Below are positions 37,304-64,000 of a stretch of 64,000 nt of DNA, piece after piece (the first letter of the stretch is position 1; the number at the start of each line of letters is the position of its first letter). Under the pieces are notes generated by a model, which was not told the origin of the DNA, did not search any database, and saw nothing but the letters and a program-made list of their open reading frames with translations. Both the position numbers and the translations under genes were made by a program. The stretch comes from Haliotis rufescens (lineage: Eukaryota). The DNA is taken from assembly GCF_023055435.1 (NCBI RefSeq), contig NW_025963791.1, forward strand, positions 2,604,001-2,668,000, in the 5' to 3' direction.

Positions 37304-38484
37304 AATGATGCACAGATTGAATAATTTTAAAGTTTTCGTTAAGCGATTTTTCAATATTTCCATATACATAACATCGTATCCATTTACATAAAATAATGTT
37401 ATTTGTATGAATGTAATAATATGAACATACATGCATGTAAGTAATTGTATTTTGTGTTTTGATCATAGCGTTTGCTGATACATAGCGAGTAAGTTCATTT
37501 TCCACCGCTTTGGACAGTATTTCGGTTATATGACGGTGTGCCAGTTTGAAGAGGATGGAATGTATCTTAAAGGGAACGTTTTGTAACGTAACGATTCCCC
37601 ACATGGAAGAATTGTGTCAAGAATCATATTCTTGATTTCCATTACCCCGACATGACTGGACTATTGGCTAAGAACTGCGAAAATATCCTTTTAAAATATC
37701 ACAATTTGCATGTGACGTTTAATTCAACGAAGCTTACAGACGCGGGGTATAATGCATTTAGTGCAGCTCACGGCTGACATAACCGTTTTTGTAGGTTCAC
37801 AATCAGAGATAATATGATTAGCAAAGCAGGCCCGAATGTAACCCGAGCTCCGCGCTTCACTCTGGCTGTAAGATGCGTCTCATCCCAGTAAATGTCAGGA
37901 GTTGCCGTGCCCTGCTGCTGGTGTCGTGTGATGCAACCAGGGCCTGGCTGCTATGGCAATGTTTCAACTGATAGCTGCAGATTTCATTTTAAATACAACG
38001 CAAACAACTCATGCCGAAGTATTGAGACTCGTGCAAACATGCACAGGCTATTGTGACATTAATAATTATTGAATAGTTTGAACCTGTGTTATAAGAGGCA
38101 GAACAGACGTTGGTCATTTTGCACTGGCATTCACATTTTAACGAAATCAGCATGTATACTTCCAAGGGAGCTGAGAACGCAAGTGGATTAATTGCTCTTG
38201 TCTCTTTGGCTGTGGTAATAATGTCAGGCGTTTTGAATAAGCGCCAGGAGCAATCACTGATTTTCGACATAAATATAAATAATTATTATCATTATCATTG
38301 TGAAAGTCCGGACTGGAGACAGTGTATGTACAACGTGCAGCGGTATTCGTCATCCTTCACAACACACTAATATTAAAGTTGTAAAAAACAAACCGTGCCA
38401 TCTTTCAAAACCAACAACCATTTTGCCCCTGCGGGTACTTTCCCTACCTGTAAATGAGGCAATATTCCACATGATTCTTGTCAT

Positions 38485-38597
38485 CAGGGGCCCGTTTCAC
38501 AAAGAGATCGTAGCGCTAAGACTGTCGTAAGTCTATGTTAAAGTATAGGAGTTACGGCAGTCGTAGCCCTACGATCGCTTTGTGAAACGGGCCCCTG
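38485..38597. mobile_element. Palindromic MITE (PIF/Harbinger-like)
   Basis: CAGGGGCCCGTTTCACAAAG ... CTTTGTGAAACGGGCCCCTG; the whole 113 bp is an imperfect hairpin. Confidence 0.8.
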
Positions 38598-41406
38598 TAT
38601 ATTATGGGGAAGCCATGACGCTGCCATTTAATCCAATGGGTATCAGTTACCGCTTTCTACGTGTAACTTTCACACACCCAAACCTGAATATTAGACAATA
38701 AACTTTTCATACCTATTATTTCGATCCTTGCCAGAAACGTCCGACTTCGAAATATCACGTGACATGTATTTGAATTCTATGTAAAGGATCGAAAATCTTC
38801 GATGTTCTCATTGTATGGTTCATCTAAGATATCGTGTCACCTTCGAATATCTTTATTTAAAATCTATTTCAGCTACTTTGTGTCACAACTTGTGGCTTTG
38901 AGTATTCATTTTGCTGAATTTAATATAAAAAAACCCACCGAAATGAAAGTATGTATATTTTGTGGTGTAGTGTTGCCAGACAGTTGCTCAATATTTGCTT
39001 GAAATGGGAAACATGAACTTACCATAATTTCAATCCGGCATTTACTTTTTTTAAACGGGGACAAGACATCATGGTATAAAGACATCCATTTTGTCCTTGT
39101 GTTATTATATAGAATATGGGTTAGTCCCCATCCATTCACTCGTATTTTCTATTCCTTGCATCACCTCTTAACCCAGATGTGAAGTGTTGAAATAGAGAGG
39201 GCTTGTCAATATTTGATTTGGCAAATAATCATGCGCAAATTGCTATGATCGATCCGACATTATTGGTAAAATTAAGTCTGACGTTTTGATGAAGACGTTT
39301 TTTATAAGAAATTCACGACTGTAAGTTGTTCATCACATTGACGTTGTCAGCCTCATATTCCGAAGTCGCCACAGATTACCAAGATCTGTCTTTAAGAAAT
39401 GAAGAAAAAATACAATATGCACTGATGGATCGATTGGCGATTATTTGTAACTCTGCTCGAGTCGAAAACGCTGATCCAGTTTGCATGGACTTGCTAGGAT
39501 TTCAGATTGATAACCCACAATACATTGTAACTAGATGGTAGAATGTATTACTTGGCGGTTACCCAAGAAGTAGCTGTTATGTGTTATGAACAATTGTTGT
39601 GGACAGAATATTGGCTCTCCAACTCTCCTGACTACAATGCAGACAGACGTCTTCCCATTACACGATACAACGATATGCACATAAATTATTGAATGGAGAA
39701 TCTGGTTCTAGTTTTATTATGTTTACTGTGATGTTTTATCAAATTAAGTCTTATGTATAGAAGCTGATTTGTTGTCTGCATATTACATCGCAAAAGAGAC
39801 GCTGCACGGACGAGCCCTGGGGAAGATGTGTAGTATTACCGTTCGTGTATTACTGCGTTGATTTTGTCCGTGTTTCAGGGTTTTAAAATGAAACTGTTGC
39901 ATAAGCAGTTGAAATTCAATATGTAGCCCAGTCCTCCGCTGCTATCTGACCATATAATCTACAACACAATGGTAGGTATACACAATTGGCAAAAACAGAG
40001 CATGACGTTACCATTGTCCTTTAGTCAGGCAATAAAATGAGAAAAAGAAAATAATACATTTCGAAATTAAATACCTGTTGAGCAACCAATTCCCAAATAG
40101 CGTCGTCAAGCTAAAGCTGTGGGGAATGAGGGGTAGAATAACCCCCAGTACCTAGAAGCCACTACACGAGGATCGGGTGGTTACAACGAGTGAACTTATT
40201 TTCTTGTGTCATCGTGCTCAGGTTATCAACCTCTGATTTACCTGACCAAAACTAAATTATATCCAGTCGCCATGATATGTATGGATATTTCCGACTGCGC
40301 CGTAAAAGAGCATTCATTCATAAAAACAATTAGTTCAACTTCACAGTTGTACCAGGCGGTGTTAATAAACGGTCTGTATCTTTCGCTCATACTGAGAGCT
40401 GATCAAGGTGTATCACATGTCTGCTACATATGCAGGTTGGATACACGATCCTGTGTTAAAGCTGTGTCTCATTTATTCCACTATATAAGATAACTATGCG
40501 ATAAATCGCAAAGAACAATGAAGAAGCAAACTGTGTTCTACTATGACGTCATTTCCGGAGATTCGAAGATGTCCTCGAAACTTGTAACTCGTAAATTGGA
40601 CGTTATTTTTGAGAGGGGGCGTCCAGTGAGTCGTTCCCCATAGATGTAGCCGGACAACGTAGATAAACGTAATGGCCGAACAAATGCATCCCAAAATGGG
40701 AGAGATATGACATAGGTCTAGGGGGAAATGGTACAGATAGTCGCCGTTACAATTGTGAGAATATCCGGGAAATTCACACACACACATACACACACACACA
40801 CACACGTCTGTAATAAAACGGACTTGTCAGATTGTTTTCATTGATATCATTATTTAAATATTATTTAAATACGGTGAAATATAATTGTACATTTAAATAC
40901 AGATGTTGTACTTAATATTGATATCCCATGCGCCCCTCGTGGTTTAGTCTCCCTGCAGTGTTTTATTGTACGATAAACAACTCACTCGTCGTTTATGTCT
41001 TAAATAAAGCATCTCTAAAAGTGAATAATGCTCATTATGTATCCTGCTAATGCAGCATCTTTCAATAAGCACTTCCATACTGAGTTTTTGAATTGGGTTT
41101 TACGCGGTTTTTAACAATATGCCAGCTATATCACGGGTGGCCCAGTCGTCTAAGGCCCCGCAATGCAGAGTTGCGTCCCTTGGGCACTCAAGAAAATTTT
41201 GACCGTGGGTTTGAATCCCGTGTCGCCCTGATTATGTTTCTAAGCTTGCAGCATCGTACCCGTGATCGTGGGTTTCATCAAAGCTGTAATTGTCTAAGAC
41301 CTGCATTACTTTTCCTCCATCGAGGAGTTTTCCTCCATCGTCAAGCTGACACGCCGTGATATAGCTGGAATACTGTAAAACCCATCCAACTCACTACCAT
41401 AATCAA

Positions 41407-41760
41407 ACCGCCCCTGTTGCCTATTGGTTAGGCGTCCTCTCGAAGAGCGGAAGGTCCGGATTTCGATCCCCGGCCGCGTCATACTAGAAGACGTTAAGAG
41501 ATGATACTTGTTGTTACCCTGTCTGGCGCTCATCATTAAGGGGCTAAAACAAAGACTGGTCGGCTCGGAGTCAGTATACTGTGTCTGAGTGGGGTATTCG
41601 TGTTAAACTGCGACATGGTATCTCAGAGGGCTAGCACTATAAACTCTGCCATTCGTTCGGACTAGTAGAATCAGCCACACATACAGACACGTGCATGCAC
41701 GTCGCTATATAAGTGCAAAAATCTAGGGCGCGACGTTAAGCCCCATTTCAGCTCACCTCT
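41407..41760 (+). mobile_element. SINE S1 copy
   Basis: High identity to 27567-27920; directly follows an S3 copy. Confidence 0.88.
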
Positions 41761-42288
41761 CTACCACACTCATTCATTGTGGAGCCAAGTGTGGTTGAAG
41801 TTCACGTGCTCAAAAACAGGAATATCAGAGACAACGATTGATATTTATTACATTTGTACATATCACCTGTCGACTACATTAATATTATGGCAGAATGTCG
41901 ACACAAACAAGCCGGCAAAGCACAACACCACTGACATTATGTTATGTTCGTGTGTGCTTGAAGCAGTCGCGATGCAATCAACAAATATTAGCACAGTGAG
42001 TCTGATATATAGTCAATGACATTTTGATCCAGCACGGCGATTCTAATGCATGAATTTTCATTATCAATTTTCGATCAGATCGAATAACTATTTGCCATTT
42101 GACCAGCCACGAAACAACAGAAAGCTACACTGTCACAAGGTGAATGTCATAGTTTCTGTAGGCACGTCATGTCTCAATTATCCCGGCAAACAAACGCAAC
42201 AACATCCGGGTTCTGATCGCTGCATAACACTCCCGTTGGTATCAAGGACGTCTCAAATGGCCTTGACCCAGCTTCATCATCCCAGTTG

Positions 42289-55121
<12,833 letters not shown>

Positions 55122-56649
55122 TCACTGACTTCATACATGTGCGTTGTTCTTCTTCGGAAAATGCTTACATTCGCTGCAAATAAACTAGTAAAAGAAGAAG
55201 AAAAATATTTAATCTTTCGAAGTGTCTTTATGTACGACGTGCACCCACAGTATCTTCACTTTTGGGGGTGCGAATAAAAAGTCTTTGTTCACTGATTTAA
55301 GATATTCGTACTGAAACACATCCCTTTGGCTTCAGGAAATAGTATCTATGTTCATCTCATTCACCTACATTTATGTTCGCAAATTTAAGATGGTCATCGA
55401 TTCATACTGAAAGGGTGGAAGACCTAACGTAACACGTGATACTTCAAAGTGGAATTTCCTTATTGTACATGCCAGTAGTACAGCCGATGAAAAACCGCAA
55501 AAACAGAGAATTAACTGAGTAAATGTGGTATAATGCCATATGTACACGTATAATCAAGCTGTCTGCGAAATGGCCGCTCGACGACTCTCTTTAATGAATT
55601 CTCATCCTGTTTCTAGTGTCTTCAAAAAGGTTTTATCAGTTTACATTGAAATTAGTTACCTGAGATAACAGACTTAATCTGTTTGGTCATCTTTCTAAAT
55701 GGTGTGATTTAAATTACACAAGCAATACAACACTTTTAACTGTCTATAAACTTTCCTAATATATAACCAAAAACATGAGTTAAATTTGAAACAGGAGTAA
55801 TGCTGGTCTTGTAAAGGGTTTCTTTGTAAAGGCAAAATACTAAAATATCTTAATCAAATACAGTTCTTCGGGAAACAAAATGAGACTCACCAGGAGGGAC
55901 TGACTAATAACTTTTTTTCTGACACATAATTTGTTTTTCTTTTTGAAAGAAATTCTATATGTTTTTCATGAAAGTGCTTACGGCAACAAAGAGAGAAAAC
56001 TGTGAAAACTGTGCTGCAGTAAACGAGTCTATCATGTTGAGACTGTGTTGACAGCAGTGCAAACACTTGTTATGATATTTCAGTGCATTTATGCAAAGAC
56101 ATCGGTTCCTATAGGGACCTACATAGGGACATGGGGGAAAAGGGGGTCCAGTCATCTTCGGCGGGGTGCAGAGTTGCGTCCCTTAAGCGTTCCACCAGCC
56201 TATGATCTTTATAATGTATTTTGCTTGTCAGCACCATACCCGTGATCATCGGTTACAGCAAAGTGGAAAACGTCGAAGACCAGCATCAGTTCGGGATTTC
56301 CTCCCACATTAAGCTGACACGCCGTGATATAACTGAACAATCGTTCAAACGGAGTAAAATCCAACCCACTCACTCACTCAAGGACATGCAAAGATGGAAA
56401 TCAACCACAATTATAGTCACAATTCATTAACGTGTATATTATAACACATGCGGGTATAGATGTTTGTACACGATGTTCACAGTGTACGCATACCACGTTG
56501 TACGTATCACCGTATAAAATATGCATGATTTGCGGACACACGTGATGGAATATTACATCCATGTTTATACCGTTACTCACATATGGCCAAATTACAACCA
56601 CATTTCTAGTGTAACACATACATAACATATACAGACATATTACAACGTT

Positions 56650-57330
56650 AATATTAACTCCCATACGGACATAATACCACGTGTAAACTGTAACACACAT
56701 GTGGCCAATGTGGACAATGTACAGTCATGTTAATAGTGTAACTCCCATATGGACAATACTTTATTACGATGAGTATATTGTAACACACATGTGGACAATG
56801 TGGACATATGTAAGTCATGTTAATAGTGTAACTCCCATATGGACAATACTTTATTACAATGAGTATATTGTAACACACATGTGGCCAATTATGGACATAT
56901 GACAGTCATGTTAATAGTGTAACTCCCATATGGACAATACTTTATTACAATGAGTATATTGTAACACACATGTGACCAATGTGGACATATGACAGTCATG
57001 TTAATAGTGTAACTCCCATATGGACAATACTGTATTACAATGAGTATATTGTAACACACATGTGGCCAATGTGGACATATGACAGTCATGTTAATAGTGT
57101 TACTCCCATATGGACAATACTGTATTACAATGAGTATATTGTAACACACATGTGGACAATGTGGACATATGACAGTCATGTTAATAGTGTAACTCCCATA
57201 TGGACAATACATATGGACATATTACAATGAGTATATTGTAACACACATGTGGACAATGTGGACATATGTAAGTCATGTTTATAGTGTAACTCCCATACAT
57301 AGACAATACATATGGACATATTACAAACAT
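56650..57330. repeat. Tandem repeat of about 90 bp
   Basis: ACTCCCATATGGACAATAC recurs at 56741, 56831, 56922, 57012, 57102, 57192. Confidence 0.92.
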
Positions 57331-57648
57331 ACTCTACCGTAGATGATATAAGGAAAATTACAACACTATTTCCATTGAAAAACATTCATTTTGGTTTATC
57401 ACAATAAATTGTACAACTTATATTCACATTTTCCCATAGCAGTACCATATGATAGAGATCCATCGATACCAAACCACGTTTCTATTTAAGCATATACACA
57501 TTAGTAAAAGATAGGCATCACTCCTCCTTTAGCTATATATAACTCCCATTTAACTTTTCGAAGCATTTTACACATGACATTAATCTCATTTTAATATATA
57601 CAACCAATATGTACCAAGAACACTCATGTTATTCTACGTAGATTCTCG

Positions 57649-58328
57649 ACCGTCTCCACCGCCTCCGTGGTCTAGTGGTAGAGCGTCCGCCCGGAGAGCG
57701 GAAGGTCCGGGGTTCGATCCCCGACCGCGTCATACCAAAAGACGTTAAAAGATGGTACTTGTTGTTACCCTGTCTGGCGCTCGGCATTAAGGGGCTAAAA
57801 CAAGGACTGGTCGGCTCGGAGTCAGTATACTGTGTCTGAGTGGGGTATTCATGTTAAACTGCGGCATGGTATCTCAGTGAGCTAGCACTATAAATCGGCA
57901 TCAGTCCGGACTAGTACAAGCAGACACACAAACACATACACGTACATGCACGTCGCTATATAAGTGCAATAATCTTGGACGCGACGTTAAACCCCATTTC
58001 ACCTCACCTCACCTCGACCGTCTCCGTGGTCTAGTGGTAGAGTGTCCGCCCTTCCATCCCCGGCCGCGTCATACCACAAGACGTTAAAAGATGCTACTTG
58101 TCGTTACCCTGCATAGCGCTCGGCATTAAGGGGTAAAACAAGGACTGGTCGGCTCGGAGTCAGTATACTGAGTCTGGGTGGGATATTCATGTTAAACTGC
58201 GGCATGGTATCAAAGTGGGCTAGCACTATAAAATCGGCATTAGTCCGGACTAGAACAAGCAGCAACACACACATACACACACGTGCCGTCTTTAACGTGA
58301 CGTTAAACCCCATTTCACCTCACCTCAC
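57649..58328 (+). mobile_element. Two nested S1 SINEs
   Basis: Copy 57658-58012 flanked by CTCGACCGTCTCC (57645-57657, 58013-58025); older copy continues to about 58328. Confidence 0.9.
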
Positions 58329-61169
58329 GTACATGATACATGTACGTAAATATTCGTAGATAGACACACGTAATGGTTCACATCATATGATCTGACGAAG
58401 CAGAGGAAACATACAAAAGGGTACACAAATTAACTATTGCAATGGAACAGTTGGGAATTTATACAGGATACGTTTTTTTCAAAGGAAATTTAATATAGAA
58501 ATACAGAGTGACTTCTTAAGAGGCGCCTCTCCCTTTTAAGTGTGTATATTCATTTATATTCATCGGATTCAGGCTCGAATGGGCCACATTTATGACAGTC
58601 TAGCCTGCAATGAACATGCATGTCAATCCGCAACACACGGTCACTGACATGATGCTCTCTCTGTTCCCTTTATAGACACAAGTGATGAAAACTGAACGCA
58701 GCGACGTGCATCTTGTGCTCGCTGCTCCATGAAAAGCAAGGGAATGCTGGTCTGAACATGGAATATTATCAAGTTAATGCGGCTTTTATGTAGTGATTAG
58801 ATAGCACAGGAGGATGTTATCTCCTCGTTACGTAGAAGAACTTTTTGTCTCTAAAGAGGATTTGTGCCGTCCCAAAGAAAGGTCATTGCAGAGTAGGAGT
58901 AACCCATTGCTTGGAAACAAGGAGTTGTTAAAACAAAGAGACTTATAATTACCTCTTTAATACTGTGGAATTCATGATTTTAAGAGCATGATATTTTTTT
59001 CTATTATCATGAATAGTTTAGCACGGCAAAGGAACGAAAAGGTTAACAAAGACGGTTTTTTCTTTGCTTGTGACCTGTTTTTTTTCACAAATGAATACGA
59101 ATTCATAATTTGTCCAAATGTTGTGTATTTCTTGAAAAACTTGTTGAGCAAATATTGTTAAATAATCTTTTATCTTTTGGTATCTAATGCCACGACCGAT
59201 TTGTGTCTTAGTCGTGAATGCCAGCATTGATATGATACAATATGTAGATACACGATCAAAGCGTTGAAACAGCTGGGTGGCCTAGTGATCGTTAAAAAAA
59301 TAGGTTTGATTCCCCACATGCTGGCTCACAATCAAAGAAACATAATTGGTCAGAACTGGGAATCGAACCCACGATCATAGGTTTTTGGTGTGCCCAAAGG
59401 AGGCAAATATTCACCCGTGTCCCCTCAAAATTTTGAGGATAATAAAACCTGAAATATAGCAAATCTTAATACACACAAAAACAATCAATTTGTAATTTAG
59501 GAAATAGGTGTCCGCGATTATTTGAAATAGAAGAATTACAGTATTACAGTGGATTTAAGCCGCTTTTTGATATTCAAGCACGAATATTGGGACGGTGAAC
59601 ACCCGAAAAGGGCTTCACACATGGTACCCAATTAGGGAATTGAAGACGGGGCTTCGGCGTGACGAGTGGTAGCTTTAACACTTGTCTACCAAACCGCCCC
59701 ATAATATAACATATGGGATTGAACATTAAGACTGAAGATCACATTTAGGATTTTTTTTACAGACAAGAACATCCGTACAACAAGATTGATTGCGTTTGAG
59801 TTTTCATAATATCGGTGGTCTACCAATCCCCAAATCAAGTAAAACAATCTCCCTTTCCCTGAATTTGATACGGCCTTGAAGATAATATTATGCATACTCA
59901 TAAACGATGTTCAATCAAACAAGAAACCCTGGGCCAAAGACAAACTCGTTTATCTAATTGTTGGAATCGGCGAAACGGCGTTATAACACAGTAGACTTTA
60001 CATACTGTCTTAACGCATCCTTCAATGGAGTGTCTGGTATCAAAGGATGAGTTAACATCAACGTAACGCATTTAACAGCCTTAATTGGATGCATGGTACT
60101 AGGCACACTGCAATGACCTGGTAGGCTAAGAGGTCACAACCAGACGGAATGTCATACATAAGAAATAACTGGAAACGGGGAGCTGCTCTTCACGTATTGA
60201 TCTAAACATTAAGATAAAATCATTGACGATCAATCACGTGACTGGTCGGTGTTACTGCGCGTTAAGAGGTTGCCATGTGACATTTTGACAATATCTCCTG
60301 AGAGCAAATTCTCCGCGTTCAAGCAGGGTATGTCTTGAAATAATTACCACGTCCATAGAACAAACTTTAATAAAGCTGTCAAGGGTTTACAACCTTCTTG
60401 TCACCGGTTTATTGTCATCCACGAATGTGGGACACTATTAAACCGTTATCCATCCTTGTAATCAGTCTTCGTGACTGATGCCGGGGTTGATGTCGTTTAC
60501 AATAGTATTTTGCTACACCACGACACGGTACGTGTAAGACTCACACATCAACATTTATCATTTAATAATTAAAAACAATATGTCTCCACCATTTTCTGCA
60601 AAAACACCTGTGGCTATATCTAAAAATACTGCTGAAATATATAAATATAATTTTTAAACCTGTTTACTGTATTTAATACTCATTCAAACGAATATAACTC
60701 ATTCTAATAGTTTCCTTGACATAATCTGTGTAACATATTAGTCAAAGTCGAAGCCTATAAAGGAGGAGGAAAAGAAGAAGAAGAAGAAGAATTTTAGTCA
60801 TGATTAAAGGCCACATGGCCCAGAGTTCATTTACATAGTGTCCACATGCACTAAGAACAGGCATACTTATATTTTCGATATTTCATCAGCCGATTTCTTT
60901 TCAAATATATACAGATATTTATCATTATAAATTCTTTAGTGCTAGATGGATACATTTATGAAAGGATGTTCTACATAATAATACTTGGGGATAATGTGCC
61001 CCTGCTAGTATTGTACAAAGGACACATGAATAGGAACTGATAGTAACTGTAACTCATTTTCTAGTTCCGAATGGTTACACTTTGTACATACACTTATTCT
61101 TCGTGATGGATCCTTAGTTGTATTAAACTATATGTTTTGTGCATTCAGTTTCTGTGCTGGGCAGAGGCA

Positions 61170-61468
61170 TTTACATAACATTGGAGATCTTCACAGGAAT
61201 ATAGCTGCAAGAAAAATTTGGTATTATATAATAGAATGCCAATTTACATAACATTGGGGATCTCATCACAGGAATATAGCTGCAAGAAAAATTTGGTATT
61301 ATATAATAAAATTCCAATTTACATAACATTGGAGATCTCTTCACAGGAATATAGCTGCAAGAAGAATTTGTAATTATATAATAAAATTCCAATTTACATA
61401 ACATTGGAGATCTCTTCACAGGAATATAGCTGCAAGAAGAATTTGGTTTTATATAATAGAATGCCAAT
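61170..61468. repeat. 75-bp tandem repeat, 4 copies
   Basis: TTTACATAACATTGGAGATCT..CACAGGAATATAGCTGCAAGAA four times. Confidence 0.92.
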
Positions 61469-64000
61469 TATGAAGTTCGACATTGTTGAGGCCTTGTTTG
61501 AATAAAGTATCTAAACAATTCAAATCGACACAGTCTCGAGACATCCATACATATGAAAATTCAGTTTTAAACAAAGGTAATCTTAGCCCAGTTAGGTTTG
61601 CCATAGATCAAAAGTCTACAGCATATGATAGCAAGCATACGGATACCGTTTAGATTAAAATAATTAAGCTACACCAGTATATAATACCAAGGCTATGGTA
61701 GTTTACACCTACGGGGGTTGTTCTCAGCTCTCCTTTAACCGCATTTTTCGATGTTCTTTTACCACGAGAAAAATAACTTTCACAGAAATTGCTGTGACTC
61801 TTCTCAAATGTTGCTTCTGCAAACGTAGATTTACTACCCATACAAATGAATAGGAGTTATTATGTTTGAAAAACATGTTTTAGAAATGGAAATCTTTTAA
61901 ACATATTCAAGACGGAAAAGCTCGCTTTCCTTGCTTGGATAGATTATGTATCATACCCATTTGTCCAAACATGCCTTGAAGAAAATTAAAAGCAATATAT
62001 ATATATATAGATGCAACTTCAATGTGTGAACCTTAATGATTCCATTTTTCTGCATTTCTTTTGCAACCATAATTTCTGAAAAATATTACCTTCGTCTTAT
62101 CTTAATTTAAAATCTAAGTGTATGTACTGAAGGGGACCAACAACTGGTAATCTGGCCCCATGCTTACTATACACATTACATTGTGTGTATTATAATGAAT
62201 AGAAAATATCCTCAATAGCCTTAAAGACAATCTTAGCTGAAACTAAAACGGGTTGGATTGCTCAGAAACAAACAAAACTTTGGTTTCCTTAATATACTCT
62301 ACAAGATATAGTCAATCCGAAGCCTAAAGACGTATGTACTGAGAGCGAATCAACAATTGGTAGTCTTCCCCCTTGTGGTGCTAATGAGCGGACTTATTTT
62401 CATCACACCGATAATAGCTTCAGTATCTTAAATTAGGAATATTTCTCGCTGGCGCCCCGCATTCAAGTTGTAGCGGTTTTTAATGAAGAAACGTCTTCCA
62501 CCAACAATCTTATGATGTTTGTGAAGCTACAGACACCCCGCTACTAATAACGACAGTTTGCGTCATTTGGTCACTGTCAGGGCTTATAAATAGGACTGTG
62601 GAGGTGATACTCTGTGATCCCTGCAGAGAACAAGAAGAGCTTATGACTCTAGGTGCTTGGTCTTGGAGGTCAGTGATGGTCATATGTTGACCTCAGATGT
62701 AGGTCAACTAGTACACGCTTCTTGATGTATTGGCATGCCACTTGTCTGACTTTATGAAATATGTTCATTTGCTAAAGGTATCGTTGCCTATCTTTTTTAT
62801 TTAGAAAAAGTCCTTTTTTATTAGAGTGGTTGATTTGGGTTTCACGCCGCTTTGCTTTTTATGAGACACCATTGAGCTCAGTAGGAAAAGAATTCTCATG
62901 AAGACCAGAGGCCATATGGTAACCACGGCTTGGCTTCTCGACCTAAAATTGCATGGCGTGTGTAAAAAGTTGCAATCGGGTGAAAAAGCGAAAAGTAATT
63001 TGAAATCGTTTTAGCGTTTAACAATAAGCAAATTACCAGGAGCGGGGGTAAATTTATAGGAACGGGTCGAATAAGACATTATTGCAATGGATGTCTTTCT
63101 TGACTCTAAGTTTTGTTTGTTTGTAGTTTAACGCCGCACTCAGCAATATTCAAACTGTGTGACGGCGATCTGTAAATAATCGAGTCTTAACCAGACAATC
63201 CAATGATTGGCATCATGAGCATCGATGTACGCACTTGGAATACGATGCATGCATCAACCAAGTCAGCGATCCTGGTGCTATAACCAAGAAACAAACAAAT
63301 CATGACGAGCATGACGAGTCTATGCCGATGTATTGTGAGTATGTGCCAGAGAATAACAAGTCCCGATTATCCGAAACAAACTCCATTAGGCATAAAGGCA
63401 AAATAACAGTGGCAATTATATGAAATGGATCATTTACAATCAGTGATGACACCAGGTGTTCGCGAAAAAAGTTACCATGTATTTTCCTACGGGGAGGTAC
63501 ATACACGCAAGCAACACAAGCGAACTGAACTCGTTTATTTCGTAAATATATTGAGCTAACATTGTTACAGTGACGACCAAGTATTGATTTCCTGATAACG
63601 TTTGAATGCCCCTTAAGGTCTAGTATATACATGTATATTGATAGTTCATTTTTCTGACAGCGTCACTGTTACCGTTAAGTCACGTACGCACAGGAGCGAC
63701 ATGCATGAAATTTATTAATACGTTATGTAAACGTGCTTCAATGAAGTTAATAACCAATCATGTAACAATAATGAACACAAATTCTCCATTACAATGTTGA
63801 AGAATTTCAGTCAGTGAGAGAAGGGCTTGTCTCTTGCAGCATTTCGTTCAAAAAACATAACTATGTTTGTTGGCGTCTGTAACACGGAATATGTCAAGAA
63901 AAAGAATACATCATCATGCCATTTTTACATTGTTTTCATTGCTCTCTGAAATATTTATGCGTTTTGCGAAACTTGCTTGAATTACTGAGTATTAATGGAA

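Noticed and set aside
56654-57385. Cys/Tyr-rich repeat ORFs (also 61171-61467)
   Set aside because: Translations of 90-bp and 75-bp tandem repeats; no splice or homology support.
57658-57730. tRNA gene
   Set aside because: The tRNA-like head continues into a SINE body with tail and TSD; no true tRNA gene recognised in the window.

Overview
Eukaryotic, intron-rich, repeat-dense animal DNA; the SINE inventory suggests a gastropod, possibly abalone (inference). Most ORF-track entries are spurious, so I built the genes by hand from splice sites and phases. Plus strand, about 3.7-20 kb: two tandem, divergent Notch-ligand-like paralogs (C2/MNNL, DSL, 0 or 1 EGF, Thr/Ser stalk, juxtamembrane alpha/beta domain, TM, short tail). 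Plus strand, about 24.9-29.8 kb: a tentative orphan single-pass membrane gene with an RFX X-box. Minus strand, 42.3-55.1 kb: the 3' exons of a synaptotagmin-15-like gene. The rest is mobile DNA: one full-length but disrupted Tc1 and four Tc1 relics, Penelope-like relics, MITEs, minisatellites and four SINE families sharing one 3' tail. The most unusual signals are (1) a high-copy non-tRNA retroposon whose precise 5' end folds as a pseudoknot (candidate ribozyme) and (2) the non-canonical DSL gene pair. Repeat boundaries are approximate unless TSDs or TIRs are quoted.
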